DNA from: Octopus sinensis
Taxonomy: Eukaryota
Assembly (NCBI RefSeq): GCF_006345805.1
Contig: NW_021833015.1
Span: forward strand, 35,144-99,143
Direction of reading: 5' to 3'
Length of the DNA: 64,000 bases
Shown here one piece after another: positions 13,596-25,129 of this stretch. A model generated the notes under the pieces. The model saw only the letters and a list, made by a program, of their open reading frames with translations, was not told the origin of the DNA and searched no databases. A program made the position numbers and the translations under genes. Within the stretch, counting starts at the first letter, position 1, and every line of letters starts with the position of its first letter.

Positions 13596-14137
13596 GCATG
13601 GGGGGGGCAGAGGGGGAAAGAAAACAAATAAACAAAAGCAGATAAGACAGATAATAATAATAGATGAAGAAGAAGAAGGAGGACAAAAGACAGAAGGATG
13701 TGGTAGTGGTGGTGGTGGTGGCGGCGGCGGCGGCGGCGGAGTACGCTGCTGCTGCTGCCGTCGCCACGGCTGCCAGCGACTCTCTCGGCTTCTTTGATTT
13801 CGTCTTGGTTACATTTTGTTTTAAATTCAACTTTGGTAAAAAAAAAAAAAAAAAAAAAATGTCAACTCCAGAGAGAAGAAGACGAAGCGACAGAGGCAGC
13901 GGCGTCTAACATATGGTTTATTAACAATAACTCGACAAAAGCCGCTTCTGCCATCACCACCACCACCACCACCACCACCGACAATAGCAACAACAGCAGC
14001 AACAACAACAATGGTAACAGCAGTAAAGCAAAAGCAGTTGGCCTTATTACTTAACTGCCGCCAACAGAGCCACTGAGAACCAGAACTAGCAGGGAAGGGG
14101 TCTTTACTCAGTGAAATACAGACAGTAGTGAAATCCC

Positions 14138-14803
14138 TTTCAATCTTTTTGCTGGAGCGGAACCCCAAGGAAACATTTCACTGGCTCGAAGAACCCCTGT
14201 GCAATAATTTAATAGTCTTATGCACACATATCAGCACAAGAGAATTAAAAATTACTGTCGATTTTAGCATTTTTGTAACTTCTTGCGGAACCCCTGGACT
14301 GTACTGGCGGAACCCTGGTTGAAAACCACTGAGTTAGACACAGTCAGTTAGACACTAGTTAGACCAGTGCTTTTCAATCTTTTTGCTGGAGCGGAACCCC
14401 AAGGAAACATTCCACTGGCTCGAGGAACCCCTGTGCAATAATTTAATAGTCTTATGCACACATATCTGCACAGGAGACTTAAAAATTACTGCCGATTTTA
14501 GCAGTTTTGTCACTTCTTGCAGAACCCCTGGACTGTACTAGCGGAACCCTAAGGTTCTGCGGAACCCTGGTTGAAAACCACTGAGTTAGACACTAGTTAG
14601 ACCAGTGCTTTTCAATCTTTTTGCTGGAGCGGAACCCCAAGAAAACATTCCACTGGCTCGAGGAACCCCTGTGCAATAATTTAATAGCCTTATGCACACA
14701 TATCTGCACAGGAGAATTAAAAATTACTGCCTATTTTAGCAGTTTTGTAACTTCTTGCGGAACCCCTGGACTGTACTGGCGGAACCCTGGTTGAAAACCA
14801 CTG
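14138..14803. mobile_element. Three head-to-tail copies of a hAT-type MITE
   Basis: TIR CAGTGCTTTTCAA / TTGAAAACCACTG. Copies at ~14138-14331, 14365-14583 and 14603-14803. 8-bp AGTTAGAC flanks the middle copy on both sides. Confidence 0.8.
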
Positions 14804-14974
14804 CAGTAGGGAAATCCCTTTCAATTCACAACCTGCCGTCTTGAAAATGACAGACAGAAAGACAGAAAAAGCGTGCGTGTTTGTGTTAAGTACTGTGTTG
14901 TCGTGTCCCTTGCACATAAGCAAAAAGGCTGGATGATCACAGTTGGAAAGACTGTGGTCATAGGTCTACTTTTA

Positions 14975-15575
14975 AGGTGGCGAACTGGCAGAAACGTTAG
15001 CAGGGCGGCCGAAATGCTTAGCGGTATTTCGTCTGTCTTTACGCTCTGAGTTCAAATTCCGCCGAGGTCGACTTTGCCTTTCATCCTTTCGGGGTCAATT
15101 AAATAAGTACCAGTTATGCACTGGGGTCGATAATATCGACTTAATCTGTTTGTCTGTCCTTGTTCGTCCCCTCTGTGTTTAGCCCCTTGTGGGTAGTAAA
15201 GAAATAGGTATTTCGTCTGCCGCTATGTTCTGAGTTCAAATTCCGCCGAGGTCGACTTTGCCTTTCATTCTTTCGGGGTCAATTAAATAAGTACCAGTTA
15301 TGCACTGGGGTCGATATTATCGACTTAATCCGTATGTCTGTCCTTGTTTGTCCCCTCTGTGTTTAGCCCCTTGTGGGTAGTAAAGAAATAGGCATTTCGT
15401 CTGCCGCTATGTTCTGAGTTCAAATTCCGCTGAGGTCGACTTTGCCTTTCATCCTTTCGGGGTCAATTAAATAAGTACCAGTTACGCACTGGTGTCGATG
15501 TAATCGACGTAATCCGTTTGTCTGTCCTTGTTCGTCCCCTCTGTCTTTAGCCCCTTGTGGGTAATAAAGAAATAG
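14975..15575 (+). mobile_element. SINE family B trimer
   Basis: One full head plus three ~183-bp units. Confidence 0.8.
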
Positions 15576-15599
15576 GTCTACATGGTCAAAGTTGACCTT

Positions 15600-16021
15600 G
15601 CACTAAAACGAAACTGTCAATATGAACACCTGCATATAGTGCAGCATGCCACACCGGCTGATGAGAGATACAGCTCTTGAAACAGAACATCCGGTAATGG
15701 AAGACTTCTCTGCAAAAAGCTGCGCTTGAGGAGATCGAAAAACCAAATGGAAATTGCAGTTGTGATACCTGTGCCGGTGGCACGTAAAAAGCACCGACCA
15801 ATCGTGGCCGTTGCCAGACTCCCTTGGCACCTGTGCTGGTGGCACATGAAAAGCACCCACTACGCTCACAGAGTGATTGGCATTAGGAAGGGCAACCAGC
15901 TGTAGAAACTCTGCCAGATCAAGATTGGAGCCTGGTGCAGCCATCTGGTTCGCCAGCCCTCAGTCAAAATCGTCCAACCCATGCTAGCATGGAAAACAGA
16001 CGTTAAACGATGATGATGATG
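15600..16021 (+). mobile_element. Family C RTE-like 3'UTR copy
   Basis: Same motifs and (ATG)n tail as the other family C copies. Confidence 0.7.
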
Positions 16022-16090
16022 TATTCATATGTATGTATATATGTATTAATGTGTGTTTAAGAATGTGTATGTGTGTGTGTGTGTGTGTAT

Positions 16091-16124
<34 letters not shown>

Positions 16125-16160
16125 ATATATATGCTTTATTTAAAAGCAGCAGAAATTGAA

Positions 16161-16209
16161 CAAAACCTGTTACTTTGAGTTTCACGTTCCCATTCGTCGG
16201 ACAGTTTTG
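16161..16209 (-). ncRNA. Hammerhead-ribozyme-like fold, type I, U4C core, in a ~125-bp (TA)n-embedded repeat (16133-16257)
   Basis: CAAAACUGU-CCGACGA-AUG(GGAA)CGU-GAAA-CUC(A)AAG-U-A-ACAG(G)UUUUG. AATAAA lies ~21 nt downstream. Confidence 0.55.
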
Positions 16210-16252
16210 TTAAAATTTTTCCACCTTGTTTCACATTTATGTGTTTACTCCA

Positions 16253-16301
<49 letters not shown>

Positions 16302-16383
16302 TGTATTCATGTGCATGCATGTATGCATATATTTATATATATATATATATATATATATGTATCAATGTGTATACAGGTGTGTG

Positions 16384-16452
<69 letters not shown>

Positions 16453-16729
16453 TACAGGTGTGTGTGTGTGTATGTATATATGTATATATATATTAATGTA
16501 CTCGTATGTATATATGCAAATATTTGTTAATGCATATTAGAAGTGGGCGTACACACACACAGGCACACAGAGGTACCAGCATTTAATAAGTTTATAAACT
16601 GAAACAATGCCCAATATTTAAAGTGTTGACACGCTCATTAAACTAATTAATATTGACAGAAAAAAAGACATTTACAGCTACTTTCAAGAGAGGTTCCAAT
16701 AGCAACGGACCAAACTTTACAAAGGAAAC

Positions 16730-17003
16730 ACACACCCACACACACACACACACAACATAAACACACACAACATAAACACACACACACACACCACACACAC
16801 ACACAGACACACACAGAGAGACACACACACACACACACACACACAGACACACACACACACACACACACAGACACAGACACACACACAGACACACACACGC
16901 AGACGCAGACACACACACACGCACACGCAGACACACACACACAGACAGACAGACAGACACACACACAGACACAGACACACACACACACACAGACAGACAC
17001 ACA

Positions 17004-17038
<35 letters not shown>

Positions 17039-17040
17039 GA
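16730..17040. repeat. (CA)n/(CAGA)n compound microsatellite
   Basis: Direct inspection. Confidence 0.9.
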
Positions 17041-17871
17041 TGCAAGGCTGTATGAAAACGGAGTTTGCTTCACAACCACATGGTTTGGGGTTTGCACTTA
17101 CTGGTGGTGGCTTGCTCAAAGTACCGCTCAGTGGGGCTGCTCATGTGACCACATGATTAACAAGCGAGCCTCTCAACCACGTGTCCACAACAAAAAGGGT
17201 TTCCACACCTTTTTTTTTAGGGGCGGTGGTTATGCAGTGCCATGCAGTAGAATTGAAACCTAAATCACCCTGGAGTAAACCAAATGCAATGATTTGTAAA
17301 ACATTACCATGGGGTCACAGACTTTATGGAAGAGTATAACTGCTTACATTTGCCCCAAGTTACTTAACTGGTACATTTTTTTAATGCTTACCCCCCTGAA
17401 ATACAAAAGAAAAGCTAACATCTATAGGATTTGAACTGAGAGCAACAGATGTAACTATATTCTTCAAAGTATTTGTTTGTTAATCCACAAAACTCCTACA
17501 AAATGTCTATTATCTAATGAAATATATGATTTACCAAATTACAAGTATACATTTTGTTAGCTATAGGAATAAATGTGGAAGGGGAAAATAGTGGCTGTGC
17601 TGAGAAAGGTGGAAGAGAAAGAAAATTGTACAAAGAGAAATGGATTAAATAGCTAAATAAATAGGTGAGAGATTGACAGAGTAGAGAAAGAGTACAGAAA
17701 ATAGCTAGTAGTCAGTCAACAAACTAGACAAGCAGACAGTGAAATATGGGGAGAGAGAGATAGAAGGCTGTGAACGGAATTGATGGCAAGTGCAAGAGAA
17801 GTAGAAAAAAGGATGATAAAGCTCTAAAACAGAAATGTGGAATTAGAGAGGTGAAATGATAAAATAACTGA

Positions 17872-18270
17872 GGTAGGAGTGGCTGTGTGGTAAGTAGCTT
17901 GCCTACCAACCACATGGTTCTGGGTTCAGTCCCACTGCATGGCATCTTGGGCAAGTGTCTTCTGCTATAGCCTCGGGGCAACCAATGCCTTGTGAGTGGA
18001 TTTGGTTGACGGAAACTGAAAGAAGCCTGTCGTATATATGTATGTGTATGTATATGTTTGTGTGTCTGTGTTTGTCCCTCTAGCATTGCTTGACAACCGA
18101 TGCTGGTGTGTTTACGTCTCTGTCACTTAGTAGTTCGGCAAAAGAGACCGATAGAATAAGTACTGGGCTTACAAAAAGAATAAGTCCCGGGGTCGGTTTG
18201 CTTGACTAAAGGCGGTGCTCCAGCATGGCCGCAGTCAAATGACTGAAACAAGCAAAAGAGTATAGAGTTT
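17872..18270 (+). mobile_element. SINE family A copy (plus orientation)
   Basis: Reverse complement of the minus-strand copies. Confidence 0.85.
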
Positions 18271-18977
18271 GAGTTAATACTAGAGACAATGACAGATAGA
18301 AATGGTGGAAGAGAAAGAGAAATTTATCTCTAATATATCATAATGTGTGTATGAAATGAGGAGATGGGACATGAAGAGAAATAGATGCAGATACTGAGTG
18401 AGAGAAAAAAACAGGAATGTATATATTTTCTTTAATTATGCTATAGGAATAAATGTGGAATGGGAAAATAGTGGTTGTGCTGAAAGAGGTGGAAGAGAAA
18501 GAAAATTGTACAAAGAGAAATGGATTGAATAGCTATATATCAACAGTGAAAGGGAAAAAGAAGAAATAATGTGAGTGAATGAATGTGAACAATGAAGGAG
18601 AGTGAGAGGAGAGCAAGAAGGTAAGAATAAGAAAGCATAAAGATGACTTTATCCAAAGAGATGCGCAAATACTCCATCTCGGAGAAACTGACTTGAAAAA
18701 AGACAAAACCATTGCTGATCGTGAACAGGAGTTAGTGAAAATACACAAAGTGTTGCAAAACGACAAGGCACAAACACAAGAGGTTAAAAACTTTAAGAAC
18801 ATCTGAAAGAATAGAAAAAGAAACATCAGGAAAGCAGCGACAGATTTGAAGCAAAAACAGAAAAGAGAAAAAAAAAAACGACAATATGAATTTCAGAACA
18901 GATGTTGAAATAAACTCATCATTTTTTATATGGGTAATACACGAGTATATAATATATACCCATTGATTTCTATTTAA

Positions 18978-19107
18978 CCTTCAGCAATGCTTAGGTGAAT
19001 CAAGGCACCATATGAGTTTTCTCCCTTGTAGCTGCAAGCATGCTATGTCCCAGTGAGAAGGGAGAAAACACATATAGCGATGTGATGTGTCTACAGTGTG
19101 CTAAAGG
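18978..19107. mobile_element. 130-bp palindromic TTAA-flanked MITE (piggyBac-type)
   Basis: TTAA|CCTTCAGCA...TGCTAAAGG|TTAA, with internal inverted repeat TTTTCTCCCTT/AAGGGAGAAAA. Confidence 0.65.
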
Positions 19108-20072
19108 TTAATAAGAATTACCAAATTACAAGTACATTTTTTGACAGCCTTTTTTCTTTAATTATGCAATAGGAATGTATGTCGAAGGGGAAAATAGTGG
19201 CTGTGCTGAGAAAGGTGGAAGAGAAAGAAAATTGTACAAAGAGAAATTGATTAAATAGCTAAATAAATAGCGGTGGTGCCCCAGCACGGCCGCAGCCTTC
19301 GGGTTGAAATATTTTTAAGGATTTTAAGGATTTAAATAATTATTAGCTTGAAAAATCCCTTTATGTAAAATGAAGGACTGCTATCTTATATTAAAAATGC
19401 CCTAGTTGCATGGCTTTTTTTCATTTATTTATATTCAAACTTTAACAGTGCTTCATACAAAAATAAAAAATTTCTGCTGAGAAATTTAAATATGTGATAA
19501 AATATTGAGAATGTGAAAGAAGTAAGACATATAAAACTGTAATGAAGTTTGTTTTTTTTCTTCTTTTTCTTCTTTTCATTTATTTTTTTTCAATAACAAA
19601 TATGCTTTTAACAATTACTTCAAGCCTGGAATGACAATTTAACAAGGTGGCCTCACACTAATAAATCAGATTAGCTTCTTTTATTACTACTGCATAACTA
19701 AACAATTGTCCGGGAATAAGCTAATGTTACTGGCTCCAAATGGTCACAGAAGAAGCTAGAAATAGATCGGATAGTACAGAACTAGATATATTATGTATGA
19801 AGAAAAGGTGAATTAATCACAGCACGGATATCTTTTCATCACAGACTGCGTTTGATCAAGGCCAATCTGAGGCTAAACAACAGTGTAACCAAGTGTTCAG
19901 AAAGGGGATAGAAAGTCAAAAAGGTTTGACAACCAGCTAGAAAAAGCAGTCTAATCACCCTCGAATCACACCTAACTGGCTTATAAAGATGGAATGGTCA
20001 CAGCTGGAACATCTTTGATCAAAAGTGCCAACCTACAGTTATAGAATGACCGCAAAAGAAAGGAAAACGCTT

Positions 20073-20460
20073 GATAATGTAGTCTTAGAAAAGAGGACAT
20101 TAGATAATGTAGTCTTAAAAAGGGGGACACGTTAGATAATGTAGTCTTAAAAAGGGGGACACATTAGATAATGTAGTCTTAGAAAAGAGGACATTAGATA
20201 ATGTAGTCTTAAAAAGGGGGACACGTTAGATAATGTAGTCTTAAAAAGGGGGATACATTAGATAATGTAGTCTTAGAAAAGAGGACATTAGATAATGTAG
20301 TCTTAAAAAGGGGGACACGTTAGATAATGTAGTCTTAAAAAGGGGGACACATTAGATAATGTAGTCTTAGAAAAGAGGACATTAGATAATGTAGTCTTAA
20401 AAAGGGAGACACATTAGATAATGTAGTCTTAAAAAGGGGGACACATTAAATAATGTAGTC
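20073..20460. repeat. 13-copy 30/32/32-bp minisatellite forming a 94-bp higher-order repeat x4
   Basis: GATAATGTAGTC anchor spacing is 30,32,32 repeated four times. Confidence 0.9.
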
Positions 20461-20788
20461 CGAGATAATATTTTGTCGGAATGAAGATGGAATGGTCATG
20501 GCTAGATCGGCAATGACTAAAGTCTATAACAACAGCAACAACACTTCTGCCCCCCAAATGAGTCAACAATGGAGCTTCTACATCATTACTTGAAATGCTA
20601 GAAAGAGCAGTCAGATCTTCCTTTCAAATCACATTCTATAGTCTTAAAAAAAAAATGAAGGGCGCATTAGATAAAATAGCCCAAATGCACAAGAATAAAA
20701 AAGAAAAACAGTGGGATGGTCATGGCTGGAACAGTATTGACAACTTTACCAATCTACTCAAAACACTTAAGCATTCAGATCTCTCTTT

Positions 20789-21425
20789 GTTAGTTAGTTA
20801 GTTAGTTAATTTGGCTCAAAAGCAAATAGCAAGGCCATGTAGGGGGACATGGAGTTAAGTACAGGGTGGTGTTCATGTAAAGAGTTCAGGCCACTTGAGG
20901 TCCAGGGAGGCTTTGAACAAAGCGGTCGTCGGCATCTTCACCATCTCATCTGGCAGCTTGTTCCACGGATCCGCAACCCGGACGGAGAAAGCTCCTCTCC
21001 TTCGATTGAGATGAAATCGTCGCAGGTAGAGCTTTTCGGAATGACCCCGCAGCCGACGCTCCGGAGCAGGAGTGAAGAACAGCTCTTTCGAGAGGTTACA
21101 CTTCCCGCTTATGATGTTGTGGGCGAGAATGAGATCACCATGGCGGCGGCGTTTTTCAAGAGAATAAAGGTCGAGCGTCCTCAGCCTTTCTTCGTAGGAC
21201 AAATTTTTGAGACCATGAACCAGGCGGGTAGCCAGCCTCTGGACTCTTTCGAGGTGCTGTATGTCTTTGAGGAGATAAGGAGAAGAGGCTTGAATCCCAT
21301 ACTCCAATATGGGTCTCACCAGCGTGACATAGAGTGGCAGGAATATGGCTGCTGTGAGCACTCCGAATGACCGTCGAATCAAAAACAGAATTCCGCGCGC
21401 TTTGTTGGCAGCATGGACGCTTTGT
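20789..21425 (-). mobile_element. 5'-truncated CR1-clade LINE (ORF2 C-terminus, (TAAC)5 tail) nested in a TTAA-type MITE (~20765-21566)
   Basis: Uninterrupted 185-aa frame ...LYVTLVRPILEY...LERVQRLATRLV.GLKNLSYEERLRTLDLYSLEKRR.HGDLI...WNKLP. Possible TSD CTTTGT at 20785-20790 and 21420-21425. Confidence 0.9.
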
Positions 21426-21683
21426 GTCAAAGCTTCAAGGATGTGACTATTTTTAGAATGACATTGTAGGGTAGGTGTGAGAGACCAGACCTAACCAATT
21501 ATGTTCAACATAACAAGTGGAATATTTTTGCCAACATATGGCAAATTTAAATGCAAAAAAGATTAAAGCTAGAAGGTGCATGGCTTGGTGGTTAGAACAT
21601 CAGGCTTCCAATTGTGAGGTTGTGAGTTCGATTCCCAGACCAGGCTGTGTGTTGTGTTCTTGAGCAAGACACTTTATTTCACA

Positions 21684-22075
21684 CTAGCGGTATCGCCCGG
21701 CGTTGCTCGGGTTTGTAAGGGAAATAACTATATAAGCATTTTTAGAGATGTAAAGTATAATAGCCATCTCAATATGGCTAACCACAAAGGGGGGGGGGGT
21801 GTTACTGTAGCTTTTTACGTTGAGATTTAATAAATTTTTAGAGAGTTACTTCCCTTATATATGCCAAAAATGCATTAAAAATGGGAAAAATTGATGGTAA
21901 ATTCTTTTTAAAATCGTAGACTCATCGTAGACGCGCACTAATACCCAGAAGGGCTCGATATGAATCACGACTATAAGATACCAGGTTTTGGTTACACTGC
22001 ATCGCAAAATGCGGGAGTAGTTAGGAATCTAAATCGTAGGAGACAGACACACAACTTCACTTTTATATATAAAGA
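21684..22075 (-). mobile_element. Complete non-autonomous Helitron
   Basis: A|TCTTTATATATAAAAG...CCCGAGCAACGCCGGG hairpin...CTAG|T, no TSD. Removing it rejoins a SINE body (ACTTTATTTCACA|TTGCGCCAGT). Confidence 0.85.
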
Positions 22076-22333
22076 TTGCGCCAGTAGAAATGAGTTGCGA
22101 CATCCCTGGTGCCAAACTGCATCAGCTTTTGCCTGTCCCTTGGATAACACCAGTGGTGTGGAGAAGGGAAGTTTATATGTATGGGAGACTATTAATCTTC
22201 CATAAACTTTGCTAGGAGTTGTGCCAAAGAGGGGAACCTTCAAGGTGCAATCCCATGGTCATTTGTAACCAAAGGAAGTCCTTAAATACTAAAAGGTTAA
22301 TAACCCAGAATTTCAAAGGGCCATACATTTAAT

Positions 22334-22719
22334 ACTCTTACTCTTTTACTTGTTTCAGTCATTTGACTGGCCATGCTGGAGCACCGCCTTTAGTCGAGCA
22401 AATCGACCCCAGGACTTATTCTTTGAAAGTCCAGTACTTATTCTATTGGTCTCTTTTGCCGAACCGCTAATGACGGGGATGTAAACACACTAGCATCGGT
22501 TGTCAAGCAATGCTAGGGGGACAAACACACACACATATATATATATATACATATATACGACAGGCTTCTTTCAGTTTCCGTCTACCAAATCCACTCACAA
22601 GGCATTGGTCGGCCCGGGGCTATAGCAGAAGACACTTGCCCAAGTGCCACGCAGTGGGACTGAACCCGGAACCATGTGGTTGGTTAGCAAGCTACTTACC
22701 ACACAGCCACTCCTGCGCC
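22334..22719 (-). mobile_element. SINE family A copy
   Basis: Same family motifs. Confidence 0.85.
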
Positions 22720-22988
22720 TATGGCTTCTAAGTTGACAATACCTGAGGGGAAGCAAATGGCAAGGTGAGCCTGGGCAGAAATGTTAAGCCAAATATCTGA
22801 ATAGCCAACAAAATTGATTTTCAACACCCGTAACTGTGGCCATACTGGGGTATTATCTTATATACATATAAACATGTGTGTGTGTGTATGTGTCAACATA
22901 ACGAAACAGTCCCGTAAGGGAATTACACCACCGCTGTTTAGCCCTAGGAAGCATCGACGCCTCCTGATGGCTTTGACACATTTCCTGT

Positions 22989-23345
22989 GTGTATATATAT
23001 ATATATATATATATACATATATATATACACATATACATATATATATACACATATATATATACATATATATATACACATATATATACATATATATATACAC
23101 ATATATATACACACAAATATATACACACAAATATATACACATATATATATACACATATATATACACATATATATACACACACATATATATATACACATAT
23201 ATATATACACATATATATACACATATATATATACACATATACATACACATATATATATACACATATACATACACATATACATACACATATATATATACAC
23301 ATATACATATACACATATATATATATATATATGTATATATATACC

Positions 23346-23383
<38 letters not shown>

Positions 23384-23387
23384 CACA
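22989..23387. repeat. ~400-bp (TA)n/(CA) compound microsatellite
   Basis: Direct inspection. Confidence 0.95.
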
Positions 23388-23814
23388 TCATTCATTATGA
23401 AAATGATATCAGGGCATAAGTGAATTGCATCAGGTTCAACAGACAATATCAAAAAATTAAAAGCACTCTTTATAAATATGCAGAGTAACATGGGTGTATA
23501 TATCTGCATGTGTGTACAAACTAGACCTTCTATCATATTACTGATAGTTTTTTTTTGCCATAAATGTAAGAGCTGTAGCTTATATTACTTGTGTGTGTGT
23601 GTATGTTATTTTGGTTCTCTGTCAGGTGAATTTCTAACAGGAGATACCCTACATGTACTCCTTTCTAACTCCTATCACCAAATGAAACATGTGTAATGTT
23701 GGATAAAACAAAATTTTTTTTTTTCCCCCCGATGCCCTATTTTGGTAAGTATTACATATATTTATAATTAAATGAAGAACTGAATTTTTAAAAATGCTGC
23801 TGCATTTAACTTAC

Positions 23815-23956
23815 CATCTCTTGACATTCCCAAGACTAGGCACTTCTGCAGTCGACAATATTGACATCTATTTCTATTGACACGATCAATAACACAGGCT
23901 TTGTTTCTGGGGCACTGATAATTTACAGGACCTGATTGACTCCGTCGGAAAAAGCC
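23815..23956 (-). CDS. HR3/ROR: NR1F nuclear receptor (HR3/ROR) exon encoding zinc finger 2 of the DNA-binding domain
   Basis: TTTTTCAG|[48 protein letters not shown]|GTAAG. 142 nt, phase 0 to phase 1, in frame with the 59213-59298 exon. [19 protein letters not shown] and GMSRD are NR1F hallmarks. Confidence 0.96.
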
Positions 23957-24020
23957 CTGAAATTTTTTTAAAATGGAAAACTTGAGAAATTTGCAAAACA
24001 AACAATATTTCAATACAGAT

Positions 24021-24051
<31 letters not shown>

Positions 24052-24163
24052 AATAATTTTAAAATAGGATAAAATCTTTATAAGAATTTATCAAGTAGTT
24101 AGCGTGAAAAACTTCATAAGGGAAAAATTTATTAATTATTCTGTTTAAATATATTTATATTAA

Positions 24164-24296
24164 GGGCATTACTATACATAAATGCCTCAAGCTAGGAGGG
24201 ACTCTTACAGTCAAAAACTACTATAATAAACATCATATGGTAGTTTTGACTTTAAGAGTCCCTCCTAGCGTGAGGCATTTATGTATAATAATGCCC
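24164..24296. mobile_element. 133-bp fold-back MITE with TTAA flanks and GG termini (Kolobok-like)
   Basis: TTAA|GGGCATT...AATGCCC|TTAA. Arms of ~60 bp with 3 mismatches and 1 indel. Confidence 0.7.
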
Positions 24297-24325
24297 TTAA
24301 TATACATATATATATCTATATATAT

Positions 24326-24373
<48 letters not shown>

Positions 24374-24463
24374 ATCCAAACAAGAAAACACAAAAAAACA
24401 CAACGCGAGGACGTGGAACAAATATAGTATTATTGGACGCTCAGGAAAGAAGGAAGGAGGAGG

Positions 24464-24498
24464 GTTTAACGTTTCGAACGGAGCTCTTCGTCGGAAAC
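24464..24498 (-). ncRNA. Minimal hammerhead-ribozyme-like fold, U4C core, in a ~210-bp (TA)n-embedded repeat (24370-24580)
   Basis: GUUU-CCGACGA-A-GAGC(UCC)GUUC-GAAA-CG-U-U-AAAC, with palindromic ACGU helix III. Confidence 0.55.
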
Positions 24499-24696
24499 AT
24501 AGGAGAAGGGAAGATCCAGAGATGGGAAGACAGGGGGAAAAAAAAATCGCCAACGGTACACACGAGGTCACATTTTGAAATATATATATATACATATAGT
24601 TAATTTGAGGAAGTTATGTCCTCATTGGGGATGATATGATCCAACGTATTCCACTGGTTCAATCCGTATCATATAATGGTAAAGTCATTTGTATAT

Positions 24697-25129
24697 ACTC
24701 TTTACTCTCTCTTTTACTCTTTTACTTGTTTCAGTCATTTGACTGCGGCCATGCTGGAGCACCACCTTTAGTCGAGCAACTCGACCCCGGGACTTATTCT
24801 TTTTTTTTTTTTTTGTAAGCCCAGTACTTATTCTATCGGTCTCTTTTTGCCGAACCGCTAAGTGACGGAGACGTAAACACACCAGCATCGGTTGTCAAGC
24901 AATGCTAGGGGGGACAAACACAGACACACAAACAAACACACATACATATATATATATACATATATACGACAGGCTTCTTTCAGTTTCCGTCTACCAAATC
25001 CACTCACAAGGCTTTGGTCGGCCCGAGGCTATAGCAGAAGACACTTGCCCAACGTGCCACGCAGTGGGACTGAACCCGGAACCATGTGGTTGGTGAGCAA
25101 GCTACTTACCACACAGCCACTCCTGCGCC
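24697..25129 (-). mobile_element. SINE family A copy
   Basis: Same family motifs. Confidence 0.85.

Noticed and set aside
20849-21370. 173-aa plus-strand ORF
   Set aside because: Antisense shadow of the CR1 ORF2 fragment.
23768-24028. 86-aa ORF treated as a whole gene
   Set aside because: Only 23815-23956 is exon; the rest is intron read-through past canonical splice sites.
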